This document shows positions 27,266 through 38,200 of a stretch of 64,000 bases of DNA, piece by piece; the stretch's first letter is position 1, and each line of letters begins with the position of its first letter. The stretch covers positions 84,869 to 148,868 of the forward strand of contig LBWK01000001.1 of assembly GCA_000993565.1 (NCBI GenBank). The letters run 5' to 3'. Origin of the DNA: a candidate division WS6 bacterium GW2011_GWF2_39_15 (GTDB lineage: Bacteria; Patescibacteriota; Dojkabacteria; SC72). The notes under the pieces are model-generated. The model was given only the letters and a program-made list of their open reading frames with translations, did not search any database and was not told where the DNA came from. Made by a program: the position numbers and the translations under genes.

Positions 27266-27950
27266 ATTTTCTCAAAATTTGTTTTATTATTGGGGTCTTA
27301 AGCGTAATTCCCATTTTACCTAGAACATTTTCCCATTTTACCCTTCGCGGTGGATTTACCATGCGATAAGTAGGATTCCTAACAATTTCCTGTTTTGCAT
27401 TCTTTCTTATGACATAATAGGCCATACCATTCATATCATCAAGCTCGTCAATCTCAAGTCCATCCTCATGCACAATCTCATTGATGACAAGTAGGTTGGA
27501 TCTGGTATTAGATATACATACTGCATAATCTGGAGGAACTATTACTTTTGAGTCTTTCTTTAAGGAAACTGTAATAATATCTCCCTCGTAGCTTTTCTCA
27601 AAATTCTGCATTTGTATTGTACCTGCACCATTCACTACTTCTAGTATGCGGGCGTACTTTGACATCCTCAGACCTTTTGTCTTGACAAACTCAATTCCCG
27701 CCAGATTAGCCTGCACAAGAAAAAGGTTTACTTTTATACCTTTCTCTTTATATATACCGTCTTTATCAAAACCCGTGTATTTAGTATAAAAGACCTCCGG
27801 ACAGGTGATTTCACTGTTTAATAACTGATGTTTTATGTTATCAATACCTACAGAGTTCTTACTTTCGTAAATAAGCTCAGACTCAAGTATTTCACCATTT
27901 TCTATTATTACTGAAAAACCGAGGGATTTCTTTAAATCAATCTTCGCCAT
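27219..27950 (-). CDS. Hypothetical protein, cupin-type glucose-6-phosphate-isomerase-like (metal ligands not conserved)
   Basis: 243 aa. KVIVPPDYAVCISNT resembles the cupin-PGI motif (iPPgwaHRtvN) with the His replaced. I found no TxGHxH motif. The assignment is weak. Confidence 0.3.
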   Translation of the reverse strand: MAKIDLKKSLGFSVIIENGEILESELIYESKNSVGIDNIKHQLLNSEITCPEVFYTKYTGFDKDGIYKEKGIKVNLFLVQANLAGIEFVKTKGLRMSKYARILEVVNGAGTIQMQNFEKSYEGDIITVSLKKDSKVIVPPDYAVCISNTRSNLLVINEIVHEDGLEIDELDDMNGMAYYVIRKNAKQEIVRNPTYRMVNPPRRVKWENVLGKMGITLKTPIIKQILRKYDKFDWLFKENSISI

Positions 27951-27972
27951 TCTTTATTATACCACGAGAGTG

Positions 27973-28278
27973 CTATTCTCTAGAAAAAGCCTTTACCATC
28001 TCATAAGTGATATATCCGAGAATTATAAAGAAGGCAAGAGCTACAAGTGACGTTAGATCAAACTCTACACCAGCGAGAACAAATACATCCTGTGTTATTC
28101 CCCTAAATGGCCTGACAAAATATTCACTGTACTGATATACAAGGTTAACTAAGGAGTTTTTAGCACTGGCATCTATCAACAGCAGGACAAAACGGATTGA
28201 AACAAGCGCCTGTATCAGAAGTATTAACGAGTAAATAAGTTTTGTAAATAATCTTAACATAAATAATAGATATAACAT
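27973..28278 (-). CDS. YggT/Ycf19-family small membrane protein
   Basis: 101 aa with two TM helices. The ..ALVSIRFVLLLID...YFVRPFRGIT..DLTSLVALAFFIIL pattern matches YggT. Confidence 0.5.
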   Translation of the reverse strand: MLYLLFMLRLFTKLIYSLILLIQALVSIRFVLLLIDASAKNSLVNLVYQYSEYFVRPFRGITQDVFVLAGVEFDLTSLVALAFFIILGYITYEMVKAFSRE

Positions 28279-28959
28279 TTAATAAACACTTTCAAGGTTT
28301 CGGACATAATAATTTAGATCAGACATAAATTGCGTTACACCGTTTGCCCAGGCATGAGAGGGATTTTGACCACATGGAGGACAATAGGTTGGTTCAATTT
28401 GAAACGGAGTTAAATCAGTACCATAGCCGGCTGCGAGTCTTCCTGTTACAGTAGAAATACCTTCTTTCCAACTCGAAAAGATGCTGTAAGCTCCTCCAGG
28501 GCCGCCCCGCCAACCCCAACCATTATTAGATCTGTATGGAATAAGATTGCCAAATGCAGATTCGACTCCGGATATTGAAGCTACAAGCCTCCAGTCAAGC
28601 CCCACCTTATCTGCTTCTGAAACAAAAATATCCGCGTAGGTATACAACGGAGAGTAGTGATCAATCAGGAACTGACGCATCGCCAAAACTCTGGGATCAG
28701 AAGTTGTGACAGTTGTTTGACCGGATACTTGTGAAATATCCCCTGAGAGCAAAAAGGACGGATCCGAACTTGTTAAATAGATACTTCGTGTTTCCAAAGC
28801 AGACAGCCTGTTCACCTCCACCAACTTACGATTAAAACCAACCATTTCGCCAATGGTTTGAGCAAACTTTCCGCCAGCTACTAGATGAAAAAGGCTAAAT
28901 AGTATTATAAATCCCAATAGACTCATGCTTTTAGATATAAGACTACGGACATTAGACAT
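28279..28959 (-). CDS. Secreted lysozyme-like (SLT-type) putative peptidoglycan hydrolase, paralog of 19074..19679
   Basis: 226 aa with a signal peptide. ADKVGLDWRLVASISGVESAFGN...NNGWGWRGG has the same ES-containing block and WGWxGG block as the 19074 gene. It is the first gene of the minus-strand operon. Confidence 0.4.
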   Translation of the reverse strand: MSNVRSLISKSMSLLGFIILFSLFHLVAGGKFAQTIGEMVGFNRKLVEVNRLSALETRSIYLTSSDPSFLLSGDISQVSGQTTVTTSDPRVLAMRQFLIDHYSPLYTYADIFVSEADKVGLDWRLVASISGVESAFGNLIPYRSNNGWGWRGGPGGAYSIFSSWKEGISTVTGRLAAGYGTDLTPFQIEPTYCPPCGQNPSHAWANGVTQFMSDLNYYVRNLESVY

Positions 28960-29046
28960 GATATATTTAAACTACAGGTTAATTTATGATAAAAATATTC
29001 AGATCATTATATGATAATAGAATAGCATAATTATTTAAAAGGAGTC

Positions 29047-32000
29047 ATGTCATTTACTCACCTACATTTACACTCAGAATATTCCTTATTGGACGGTGTT
29101 ATACGTATTCCTGAGCTGATTGCGAAGATTAAGGAGTGCGGCATGAATGCTTGTGCACTTACGGACCACGGCAACATGTACGGTACATTCAAATTCTATA
29201 ATGAGATGAAACATGCTGAGCTCAAACCGATTCTCGGATGTGAGATATACTTAGCCCCACGGACAAGATTTGATAAGGAAGCCGGTACAGATAATAAAAC
29301 CCCGCATCTAACTGTCCTTGCCCAAAACCTAACCGGTTACAAAAATCTTGTGAAGCTCGTATCCTCAGGCTTCATGGAAGGCTTCTATTATCGCCCAAGA
29401 GTAGATTGGGAAATTCTTGAGAAATACTCTGAAGGACTAATAGTTCTTTCTGGATGCTTAAGCGGCCCAGTATCAAAACTTTTCAGAGATGGAAGGGGGA
29501 AGGAGGCTGTAAAAACAGCTCAAAAGTTTAAAGATCTTTTTAAAGACCGATATTTCTTGGAAATTCAAAGGAATGGCATTAAAGAGCAGGACGATTTAAA
29601 TCTGGAGCTAATCAAACTTTCAAAAGAGCTTAATATACCCCTTGTAGCAACATGTGACGCCCACTATGTAAATAAAGAAGACTATAATGTACAGGAAATC
29701 GTATGGGCCATTTCTGACGGTAAAACGCTTGATGACCCGACACGCCGTGTTGCACCAACCAAAGAATACTACTTCAAAAACCAGCAGGAGATGGAGGAGC
29801 TCTTCAAAGATCTTCCAGAAGCTATATCCAATACCCAAAAAATTGTTGATATGGTTGAGGATTTCTCAATCTCATTCGGCAGAGTAGAACCCCATTATCT
29901 GGATCTTCCCGAAGGCGTAACGCCAAAGGATCATCTTCGTGATCTTGTAATGCAGGGGGCACAAAAGAAATATAAAGAGATTACGGATGAAATTCAGACA
30001 AGAATTGACTATGAGCTGGAAATCATTGATGACAAGGGCTATAACAACTATTTCCTTGTAGTATATGATTTCGTTAGATATTGCGTTGAGAACGGCATCA
30101 TGGTTGGAGCCAGAGGTTCGGCAGTAGGTACAGTTGTCGGATACTGCCTTAATATTGCAGGTGTTGATCCGATAACATGGGAGTTGTACTTCGAAAGATT
30201 TCTTAACCCCGGTAGGGAGTCACCTCCGGATATAGACCTGGATATTTCAGATCAGAGACGTCAGGAACTCATTAAATACGCACAGGTGAAGTATGGGGAA
30301 CCCAACGTCCGGCAGATCATTACATTCAGCAAGCTCCAGACCAGGCAGGCAATAAGGGACGTATCAAGAGTTATGGGCATTGATCTTCAGACTGCTGATA
30401 AACTCTCAAAACTTGTCAAGGTCGAATTCGGAAAAACCAAACCAATTGATTATATGATGGAGAACAACCCTGAGTTTGCTGAGATAATAAATTCATCCGA
30501 AAAGCTTCAGCAGATGTCACAGGTGGTGAAAAAAATTGCGGGACTTGCCCGTGGTGTATCAATGCATGCATGTGGAGTCATTGTGGCACCTGAACCCGTT
30601 GACAACTTCATTCCTATACAAAGAGACTCAAAAGATGAAGGTGTTGGAATGGCTCAGTTTGAAATGACAGACTTAGAGTATGTAGGCCTCCTTAAGCTGG
30701 ACTTCCTGGGTTTGAAAAACCTGAACATTATTGATACAGCTGTAAGAAAAATAAAAAGGCACAAGGGAATTGACCTCGATTTAAGCACTATTGATGTCAA
30801 TGATCAAAATATTTATCAAATGCTCAGAGACGGACATACAATGGGAGTTTTCCAACTTGAGGGGGAGGGTATGACAAAAGCTTTGATTACGATCCGTCCA
30901 GAAACCCCTGAAGACCTCTGTTATCTCCTTGCAGCCTATCGTCCTGGGCCAATTGAGTTCATTCCTCAATATGCCGCGGTCAAAAAGGGTGAAAAGCAGC
31001 CTACATACATTATTGACGACCTTGAACCAATTCTTGGAGTTACAAACGGAGTCATCACATATCAAGAGCAGGTAATGAAAATCGCAACGGATATAGCCGG
31101 CTACACACTCTCAGAAGCTGACAATATGAGACGGGCGATGGGTAAGAAAAAGATGGAAATCATGGAAGCCGAAAAGCCCAAATTCATTAAGGGAGGTGTA
31201 GACAAGGGATATGCGGAAGAAAAAATCGCTGAAATATGGGACCTCCTAGTTAAATTTGCAAACTACGGTTTCAATAAATCACATGCAGCAGCCTATGCAA
31301 TGGTCTCATACTATACGGCCTATCTTAAGTACTACTACCCGTTAGAATACATGGCTGCCCTTCTTGAAGCTGATCTTGAAAACTTTAATCGTATTTCTCT
31401 TGATATCCAGGAATGCACCAGGCTTGGGATAGAGGTTGTACACCCAGATATAAACAAGAGCGGAAGCTTTTTTACAGTTGAAGAAGGTGATGTAAAAAGA
31501 ATCCGGTTCGGCCTTGGCGCCATTAAAAATGTCGGAGCCGAAATTGTTAGACAGATAGTAGCAGAGCAAACTCAAAACGGTGAATATCTCAGCCTCGATG
31601 ACTTTGTTTACAGAAATATCCAGCACAAGCTGCAAATGCGCGTCGTTGAATATCTAATTATGGCAGGGGCTATGGATGAGTGGGGAGACAGGGGTGCACT
31701 ACTTAAAATCCTTCCGGGGATATATGAGAGATTCAAAAAACAAAAACAAACCGAGGCTAACGGACAAATAGACTTCTTCAATAACGGAGAGACTCAGGAA
31801 TCTTCGATTGAGTTAATGAAAACACCTGTCCCAACAGATATTCACACACCCATGCACCAGATTCTACAGTGGGAAAAAGAGTTATTAGGATTGTATTTCA
31901 CCAGTCATCCGTTGGATGACCTTCAGGAGTTCTTTGCTCAAAAAGGAGTAATTCCTATAAAAAATTTAATAACGATAAAAGGCGGAAGGCTTGTCATACT

Positions 32001-32451
32001 TGGTGCTTTGATTACGAAAGTACGAAGGATCACAACCAAGAAAGGTGAGAGAATGGCCTTCCTTACCATTGAAGACAAAACATCCTCAATAGATGCTTTA
32101 GTCTTTCCAAGAACATATGAAGAGATGAAAGATATGTTTGAGGCTAATAAACCCATACTAATTGCGGCACGTATCTCAGAGCGGGATGAAGGTAAAAGCG
32201 TTATCCTTGAGAAGGCAAAATATGTTGATCAGGATAAATTTGCATCAGATTTTAAAGGTGTCATCTTTAAAATAACAAAGAAAAACACTAAAAAACAGAT
32301 TGCACAGTTAAAAGAGTATATTAAAACAAATGCAGGCGATACGGCAGTCCGAATACTAATTCAGGAAGGGAAAGATATGAAAACCGTTGAGATTAAAAAT
32401 AAAATTACCCTAGACCAAAAGGGCAGAGAACTAATGAATATATTTTCATAA
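29047..32451 (+). CDS. dnaE: DNA polymerase III alpha subunit
   Basis: 1134 aa. The PHP domain starts MSFTHLHLHSEYSLLDG. The Pol III alpha palm/fingers and an OB-fold C-terminus are present. GGAG Shine-Dalgarno (aaaaggagt) lies 6 nt upstream. Confidence 0.9.
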   Translation: MSFTHLHLHSEYSLLDGVIRIPELIAKIKECGMNACALTDHGNMYGTFKFYNEMKHAELKPILGCEIYLAPRTRFDKEAGTDNKTPHLTVLAQNLTGYKNLVKLVSSGFMEGFYYRPRVDWEILEKYSEGLIVLSGCLSGPVSKLFRDGRGKEAVKTAQKFKDLFKDRYFLEIQRNGIKEQDDLNLELIKLSKELNIPLVATCDAHYVNKEDYNVQEIVWAISDGKTLDDPTRRVAPTKEYYFKNQQEMEELFKDLPEAISNTQKIVDMVEDFSISFGRVEPHYLDLPEGVTPKDHLRDLVMQGAQKKYKEITDEIQTRIDYELEIIDDKGYNNYFLVVYDFVRYCVENGIMVGARGSAVGTVVGYCLNIAGVDPITWELYFERFLNPGRESPPDIDLDISDQRRQELIKYAQVKYGEPNVRQIITFSKLQTRQAIRDVSRVMGIDLQTADKLSKLVKVEFGKTKPIDYMMENNPEFAEIINSSEKLQQMSQVVKKIAGLARGVSMHACGVIVAPEPVDNFIPIQRDSKDEGVGMAQFEMTDLEYVGLLKLDFLGLKNLNIIDTAVRKIKRHKGIDLDLSTIDVNDQNIYQMLRDGHTMGVFQLEGEGMTKALITIRPETPEDLCYLLAAYRPGPIEFIPQYAAVKKGEKQPTYIIDDLEPILGVTNGVITYQEQVMKIATDIAGYTLSEADNMRRAMGKKKMEIMEAEKPKFIKGGVDKGYAEEKIAEIWDLLVKFANYGFNKSHAAAYAMVSYYTAYLKYYYPLEYMAALLEADLENFNRISLDIQECTRLGIEVVHPDINKSGSFFTVEEGDVKRIRFGLGAIKNVGAEIVRQIVAEQTQNGEYLSLDDFVYRNIQHKLQMRVVEYLIMAGAMDEWGDRGALLKILPGIYERFKKQKQTEANGQIDFFNNGETQESSIELMKTPVPTDIHTPMHQILQWEKELLGLYFTSHPLDDLQEFFAQKGVIPIKNLITIKGGRLVILGALITKVRRITTKKGERMAFLTIEDKTSSIDALVFPRTYEEMKDMFEANKPILIAARISERDEGKSVILEKAKYVDQDKFASDFKGVIFKITKKNTKKQIAQLKEYIKTNAGDTAVRILIQEGKDMKTVEIKNKITLDQKGRELMNIFS

Positions 32452-33926
32452 TGAGTGTTAATTTGAAAGAAAAAATTCTTCTATTGCCAGACTCTCCGGG
32501 GGTTTATAAATTCTATAATAAGAACGGAGAAATAATATATATAGGTAAGGCACATAGCCTAAGAAATAGAGTATCTTCATACTTCAAGTCAGACCACAGA
32601 GACCGGCCGAGAATAATATCAATGATCCCTTTGATTGCTGATCTCGAAGTAACGCAAACAGACAATGATATTGAGGCACTTATTTTGGAATCTGCTCTCA
32701 TTAAACAGAATCAGCCGGAATATAATTCAATGCTTAAGGACGACAAGAGTTATGCATGGCTTTATGTAATAACAAAAAGCAGATATCCAACCGTAAAAAT
32801 TGTTCGAACCACTAATAAGAGTGAGTTTATAAATGGTAAGCTATTTGGTCCGTACCCTAGTGGTAAAACAATTAAAAGGGTCTTCAACTATATAAGAAAG
32901 CTCTATCCTTTTTGTACAAGCAAGGATCCATCAAAACCCTGCTTCTATTCCAGAATTGGTCTATGCCCCGGACCCGATGCTTCTGAAGAGGTATACCAAA
33001 ATAATATAAAGGGCATAATAAATCTTCTTAAAGGACGAAATTATAATCAGTTAAGAGTACTTGCTGAGAAAATGCGTACATATGCACAAAACCGGCAGTA
33101 CGAAAGAGCCGCTGAAATTAGGGACCGTATTAATGACCTCAAATATTTAGGTTCGGAGATCAAATTCAATTACTTCGGAACAGAAGAAGAATATGTGGAG
33201 AGCCGGGAAGAAAGAATGAGAAAACAGCTAAATCAGCTACAAAAGATTCTGGGTCTGGAAAAACTAAATAGAGTGGAATGCTATGATATATCAAATATAC
33301 AGGGAAAAATGTCTTACGGCTCAATGGTGGTAAGTATAAACGGGGTTCCAACAAACCGGCTTTATAGAATATTTAAAATAAGATCGATGGATACACCTAA
33401 TGATTATCTGATGCTTGCAGAAGTTTTGTCACGAAGGATCAAGCACATAAATGGTGACAAAGATGAAAGTTTAACTGAAAAGCCAGACCTAATAATTATA
33501 GATGGGGGAAAGGGGCAGCTTTCAGCAGTTCACAAAATTATACCTTCTGGGATAGCGATATTAGGAATTACAAAAGGGAGGAAATATAAAAGAAAAGGAG
33601 GAAAAAAGAAAGATGAGTTTTGGATTTACAATAATGGAACGATAGAACAGCTCAAAATTGGCCCACAGCAAAGTATTTCAATCCTTAGAGATGAGGCACA
33701 CAGGTTTGCCATCATTCATCACCGTAAATTAAGAAAGTTTATGCAAAAGAAATCAATACTGGATGAGATTAAAGGAGTAGGGGCTATAACCAAGAAAAAG
33801 CTAATCAAAGCTTTTGGCAGCGTAGAGCAAATTCGAGGGGTTTCACTCGAAGAAATAGATAAGGTGATACATAATAAGAAGATATCAGAAGCGATCAACT
33901 CCGCTCTTAAAAGGTTTAAAGTTTGA
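32451..33926 (+). CDS. uvrC: Excinuclease ABC subunit C (compact form)
   Basis: 491 aa. The GIY-YIG domain is LPDSPGVYKFYNKNGEIIYIGKAHSLRNRVSSYF. A UVR-like region (YERAAEIRDRINDL) is present. The C-terminal HhH is ILDEIKGVGAITKKKLIKAFGS. The start overlaps the dnaE stop. Confidence 0.85.
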   Translation: MSVNLKEKILLLPDSPGVYKFYNKNGEIIYIGKAHSLRNRVSSYFKSDHRDRPRIISMIPLIADLEVTQTDNDIEALILESALIKQNQPEYNSMLKDDKSYAWLYVITKSRYPTVKIVRTTNKSEFINGKLFGPYPSGKTIKRVFNYIRKLYPFCTSKDPSKPCFYSRIGLCPGPDASEEVYQNNIKGIINLLKGRNYNQLRVLAEKMRTYAQNRQYERAAEIRDRINDLKYLGSEIKFNYFGTEEEYVESREERMRKQLNQLQKILGLEKLNRVECYDISNIQGKMSYGSMVVSINGVPTNRLYRIFKIRSMDTPNDYLMLAEVLSRRIKHINGDKDESLTEKPDLIIIDGGKGQLSAVHKIIPSGIAILGITKGRKYKRKGGKKKDEFWIYNNGTIEQLKIGPQQSISILRDEAHRFAIIHHRKLRKFMQKKSILDEIKGVGAITKKKLIKAFGSVEQIRGVSLEEIDKVIHNKKISEAINSALKRFKV

Positions 33927-33928
33927 TT

Positions 33929-35017
33929 TTAATTAAGAGTGCTTTTTGCGGGCTCAACCTTTTCAATAATATACTTAAGGAACGGATCACTCTCCTGATC
34001 AGCAATAAACATATAAACAACTGTATCTCTTGGATTGCCTACTATATAAGCTTCAGTCTGTACATTACCGCTAAAAAGCTTCCCGGAAAGAGCCTCCTGG
34101 CCTGCTACAACAGTGACTGTAGTATTAGAGACCTGCCATTTGGTTTTATGTGCCTTGTTGAATTTCTTTAAGCCTTTTTCTAAAAAAGCATCATAACTAA
34201 TTGCACCCATATAGCCTAAAGGCTCAATTGTAACTGACTTGTTAGAGCCTAGCTTTTTAAAGCTCACTTTAATTAATTCACCTATGTCGGTAGCTCCATA
34301 CGTAGCGATATAGTCACTTGAGAAACTCAGCTTCCAAGGGAAATCAGGACGCAAGTCTTGCATATCACTCTCAGAGAGTAGAAGTTGAAGCTCAACCTCC
34401 TTTTTGACTTCGTCAGACAGCCCCGTTGATGCCTGCTCCTGTGTTATTGACTGATACCAAATATCGTTGAGTTTAGAATAGATTCTGACTCCAATTGTGC
34501 CTTTTACCCAATACTCTCCGAACTTTTGTTCCTCTGATTCCAACGGAACGGAAAGGACCTCCTTCCATCCCGCTTTAGGCAGGTGTTCCTTATAATAGTT
34601 ATTGACATCTTCTATTGTGTGTCCAGGCTCAAGTCTGTAAACTGCCTGGCCAGTACTTAAGAACCTCTTCACATCATCGTTATTCAGTTTATCCTTGAAA
34701 ATGAAAACTGAGTTCGGGTACTCCGGTATTTCAGCAAATCCGACAACATTAGTGAGACTCACATCCGTTCCATCAAGAATATTTCTTCTTAAGTTCGAAA
34801 CGTAATTAATTAAAAGAAAAAGCACAATAACAACAAGGGCTCCAAAAGTGAGAATTAAGAATATCTTTATAAAGGATCTACCAAACATTTTTTTGTATAA
34901 CCTTCCTCTGGTCACCTCTGTATATTTAGTCTTTCTTCTTTTGAAAAAGCTCAAAACCTTCCTTTGTAGAGATTTTCTTTCCTTTATTTTTCTTTTATCA
35001 AGCTCCTTGAATTTCAT
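33929..35017 (-). CDS. Hypothetical single-pass membrane protein with extracytoplasmic domain
   Basis: 362 aa. A basic N-terminus (KRKIKERKSLQRK...) precedes a TM helix (IKIFLILTFGALVVIVLFLLINYV) and a 290-aa soluble domain. I see no recognisable motif. Confidence 0.4.
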   Translation of the reverse strand: MKFKELDKRKIKERKSLQRKVLSFFKRRKTKYTEVTRGRLYKKMFGRSFIKIFLILTFGALVVIVLFLLINYVSNLRRNILDGTDVSLTNVVGFAEIPEYPNSVFIFKDKLNNDDVKRFLSTGQAVYRLEPGHTIEDVNNYYKEHLPKAGWKEVLSVPLESEEQKFGEYWVKGTIGVRIYSKLNDIWYQSITQEQASTGLSDEVKKEVELQLLLSESDMQDLRPDFPWKLSFSSDYIATYGATDIGELIKVSFKKLGSNKSVTIEPLGYMGAISYDAFLEKGLKKFNKAHKTKWQVSNTTVTVVAGQEALSGKLFSGNVQTEAYIVGNPRDTVVYMFIADQESDPFLKYIIEKVEPAKSTLN

Positions 35018-35092
35018 ATAATTCTAATTTAATAGAAAGTTTGTTATATTACAAATCGAAATAGTATAATATACAGGATTTTTATTTATATA

Positions 35093-35166
35093 TGCGGGAT
35101 CGTCTAATGGTAGGACACCGGCCTTTGAAGCCGTGAATCCTGGTTCGAGTCCAGGTCCCGCAACCA
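35093..35166 (+). tRNA. tRNA-Gln (anticodon TTG), U1-A72, CCA encoded
   Basis: Sequence tgcggga-tc-gtctaatggtagga-c-a-ccggc-ctTTGaa-gccgt-gaat-cctggttcgagtccagg-tcccgca-a-cca. The U1:A72 pair matches E. coli tRNA-Gln. Confidence 0.7.
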
Positions 35167-35214
35167 CTTGGGACATATATACAAAGAACCAATTAAGGTG
35201 GTACTATACTAAAT

Positions 35215-38200
35215 ATGAAATCCAAGAAGAAACTTGTTTCAAGAAACTCCAAATTTATATTCACTTTAATATTTATTATCCTAATTGTTGCCGGATTTTT
35301 TTACACACGAGACCTCTTTACGTCAAAAGCCCGTAATGTAAAAATCTCCAATATAACTTCAACCTCAGTGACATTAACCTGGGTCACCACTAAGAAAAAT
35401 GCCGGTATAGTTCTCGTAAAAGAAGGCTCTAATATTGGAAATTCATGGAAGGACTTTTTTACAGCACGAAGATACTACGATGACAGGGATATCTATATTA
35501 CTGCTACAAAAACAGTGATAAATGCTGAGCGAAGATATACACATTATGTTACGATCAACCATCTGACACCTGAAAAAAAATACTATTTCAGACTTTCTAA
35601 TGGCCTTCACATCTGGGATATCAAAGACGTTAATCAGAAGAAAGAGTGGTATGGAATAGATAACATATCATCTTTTCAATTTACAACCCCCGCAATTTCC
35701 TCCTCGGGACTGACACTTCCCCAGACAGTTTATGGCAATTTGGAAGATCAGAAAGCCCTTGCATATTCAGATGGGATTATCTTTGGACAGATTTACAGTG
35801 TTAACGATGAGGGAGAGGTTGATATTCAAAACAAATCCAGAATAATTTCTACTTTTGTCAATGACGATGGGGGATGGGTTCTTGACTACTCATTAGAAAA
35901 AAATGGATTCGAAAATAACAAGGATCAAATATATCTTTATGCTCACATTGAAAATAAAAGTGATATTCCGGGACAATTCGAAAATATCACAAGCGGAAGC
36001 AGTATCGTAGACCTTTTTGACTATGACCGCACACAATCATTAAGGCCTAGTTTTCTTCTTTCGCTCTCAAAACCTGTTTCGGCGGCAGGTGACCCAGTTT
36101 GTTGTGCCTTAATTATCAGCGGTAGAAAGAACGTTCTTTTTGATTATGAGGAGGCCGGGGCATGTACAACATGTGGCGAATGCTACAAGGTGGGAACCCA
36201 GGAATCAGGCGGAACACTATTAGAAGTAGGCAGTATTAAACCAAGAGGAGACAATGATGCGGAAAGGAGAAACAACTGTGAGAGTATGGATAGACTTGCA
36301 AGTAAAGGCTTACCCGCTGGTTCTGAAGACCAAAGCTCCAGTAGTAGTAATAATAACAGTAATAGCTCAGAAAATAGTTTCAGCGGTGCTTGTAATACGA
36401 GCTTAAAGGATGAGGATTTTACAGTATCAAACATAGATAAATCGCAATTTGTTGACTACGCAAAAAGACTTGGAGGAGGTGGAACACAAGCTGACAAATG
36501 TTATAACTACGTTGTATGTAAATCAAAGCAGTATGGAATAAATCCTGCACTTGGTCTGAGTATCTGGGTTCATGAATCTGCCGCAAGTGACTACCAAAGA
36601 TTTCCAAACGTTGAGGATATGGGTATCCACTGTTATGGCGGAGCAGGGAACTATCCTGCTTACCCATGTAATCAAACTCCTAAAGAGAATCTAAAAGCAC
36701 AGACCGAAATGTTTGGCCTTTTACCTCATACACAATGCCAATCCGGTGGTAGTTTTAATATCACTAAATGGGCAACAGGATTTTGGACAGGGAATTGTTC
36801 TGAGACTTCATATGGTGAGAAATATGTGGATGATCTTGAGTTGCAATGGAGTGTCTACGGAAAAGGTGCTTTTCCAAATTGGCTGAAGAATGCAGGAACT
36901 GCAAAACCTAACCTACCGTGTGATCAAGTAGCAAGTTCAACTCCTTCAACCCCCTCAACCCCGACAACCCCTTCTACACCTTCAACCCCTTCTACACCTT
37001 CAACACCAAGTACACCGACGACACCTAGCCAAAATACCGGAGAAAAATGTTGTGCCTTTATCCTTAAAGGGGAGAATGTCTATCGAAGTGAAAAAACTAC
37101 ATCCAATAGCTGTGCTGATGCTTTCGCAAAGGGTAGTTCCTATACTAGTGGGAATATATCGGGAACTATAGACTATGGAGTGGAAATAGGCAGGAAAGAG
37201 GTTCAAGTAATTAAACCCGCATGTTGTGCAATGATAGTTACAGGGAAAGATAATGTATATTTCGATTATGTAAATGACAAAATCTGCAACACTTGCGGAG
37301 ACTGCTTCCCCGTCGGGAGGACAGTAGCGGGAGGGAGAGTTACTGCAGTCGGAAGAGAGGTTCTGACGGGTGCTAACGACAACAGAACCACCTGTGAGTC
37401 TATAAAAAGGCCCGCCTCTTCAGGTGTTCCAGCCGATACTCCAGTCGAACCAGTTTTTTCAAACAAATGTAGCGGAACACAATATGATATAGAATGTAAA
37501 AACTATTTGCCTGTACCTAAAGGGGAAAATGCAATATCAGCTCCATATGGAGAAAATACCAGATGCCTAGATCCAAATGTGAAGCCCATAGAAGACGGTA
37601 TTACTAATATAATCATCAGCAAGGAAAATCCAAAAGTATTTACAAAACTACTCTCAACAGTACAGGCGGAAGAAAGCTACGTTAAATCAGTATCAGGGTC
37701 AGTTGTAACTTTCACAAAAGACGGAATATACAATATTGAGATTGGTGACCTGAAAGTATCAAATGTACCAATTAACTCAGATGGGAAATATAGATTCTAC
37801 CAAGAAATAAATGAGGAACGAGGATATCAAAGTTCTAAAGACAAAGCTCTAACGTTCAAAAATAAAAATGAGATAAAAGCTGTAAAGGTTGAAGACGGCT
37901 TTAGAGTTGAACTCAATGCTGGTTATAACTTCATTACAATCAACTATGAACGTCCTCCGATGTCTATTATAACTACGCCTGCAAATCCGACACAGATAAC
38001 CGCAGCTTCTGTATTAAATATTGGAAATATTGATGAAATCAAAGTAACATACCTGAGCACTTATGCAGATGGCAAGTGGGCAAATGGTATAAGGCCCCGT
38101 GATGATAAAAAGCCCGGGTTACTTGGGAATGACTTTGCTCTTCTCCCGGGACAAGGTTATATGATTATTTCAAACTCAGACCTGAAGGGCGGAATGGCCC

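Noticed and set aside
28990-29046. ATCAT-tat-ATGAT palindrome upstream of dnaE as a second LexA-type operator
   Set aside because: It shares only the central TAT with the GTATAC-tat-GTATAC element upstream of lexA, and the arms differ. It could be chance in AT-rich promoter DNA. I mention it within the lexA finding but do not call it a feature.
35133-35336. 67-aa plus-strand ORF starting inside tRNA-Gln
   Set aside because: It overlaps the tRNA and the true start region of the 35215 surface-protein gene in another frame.
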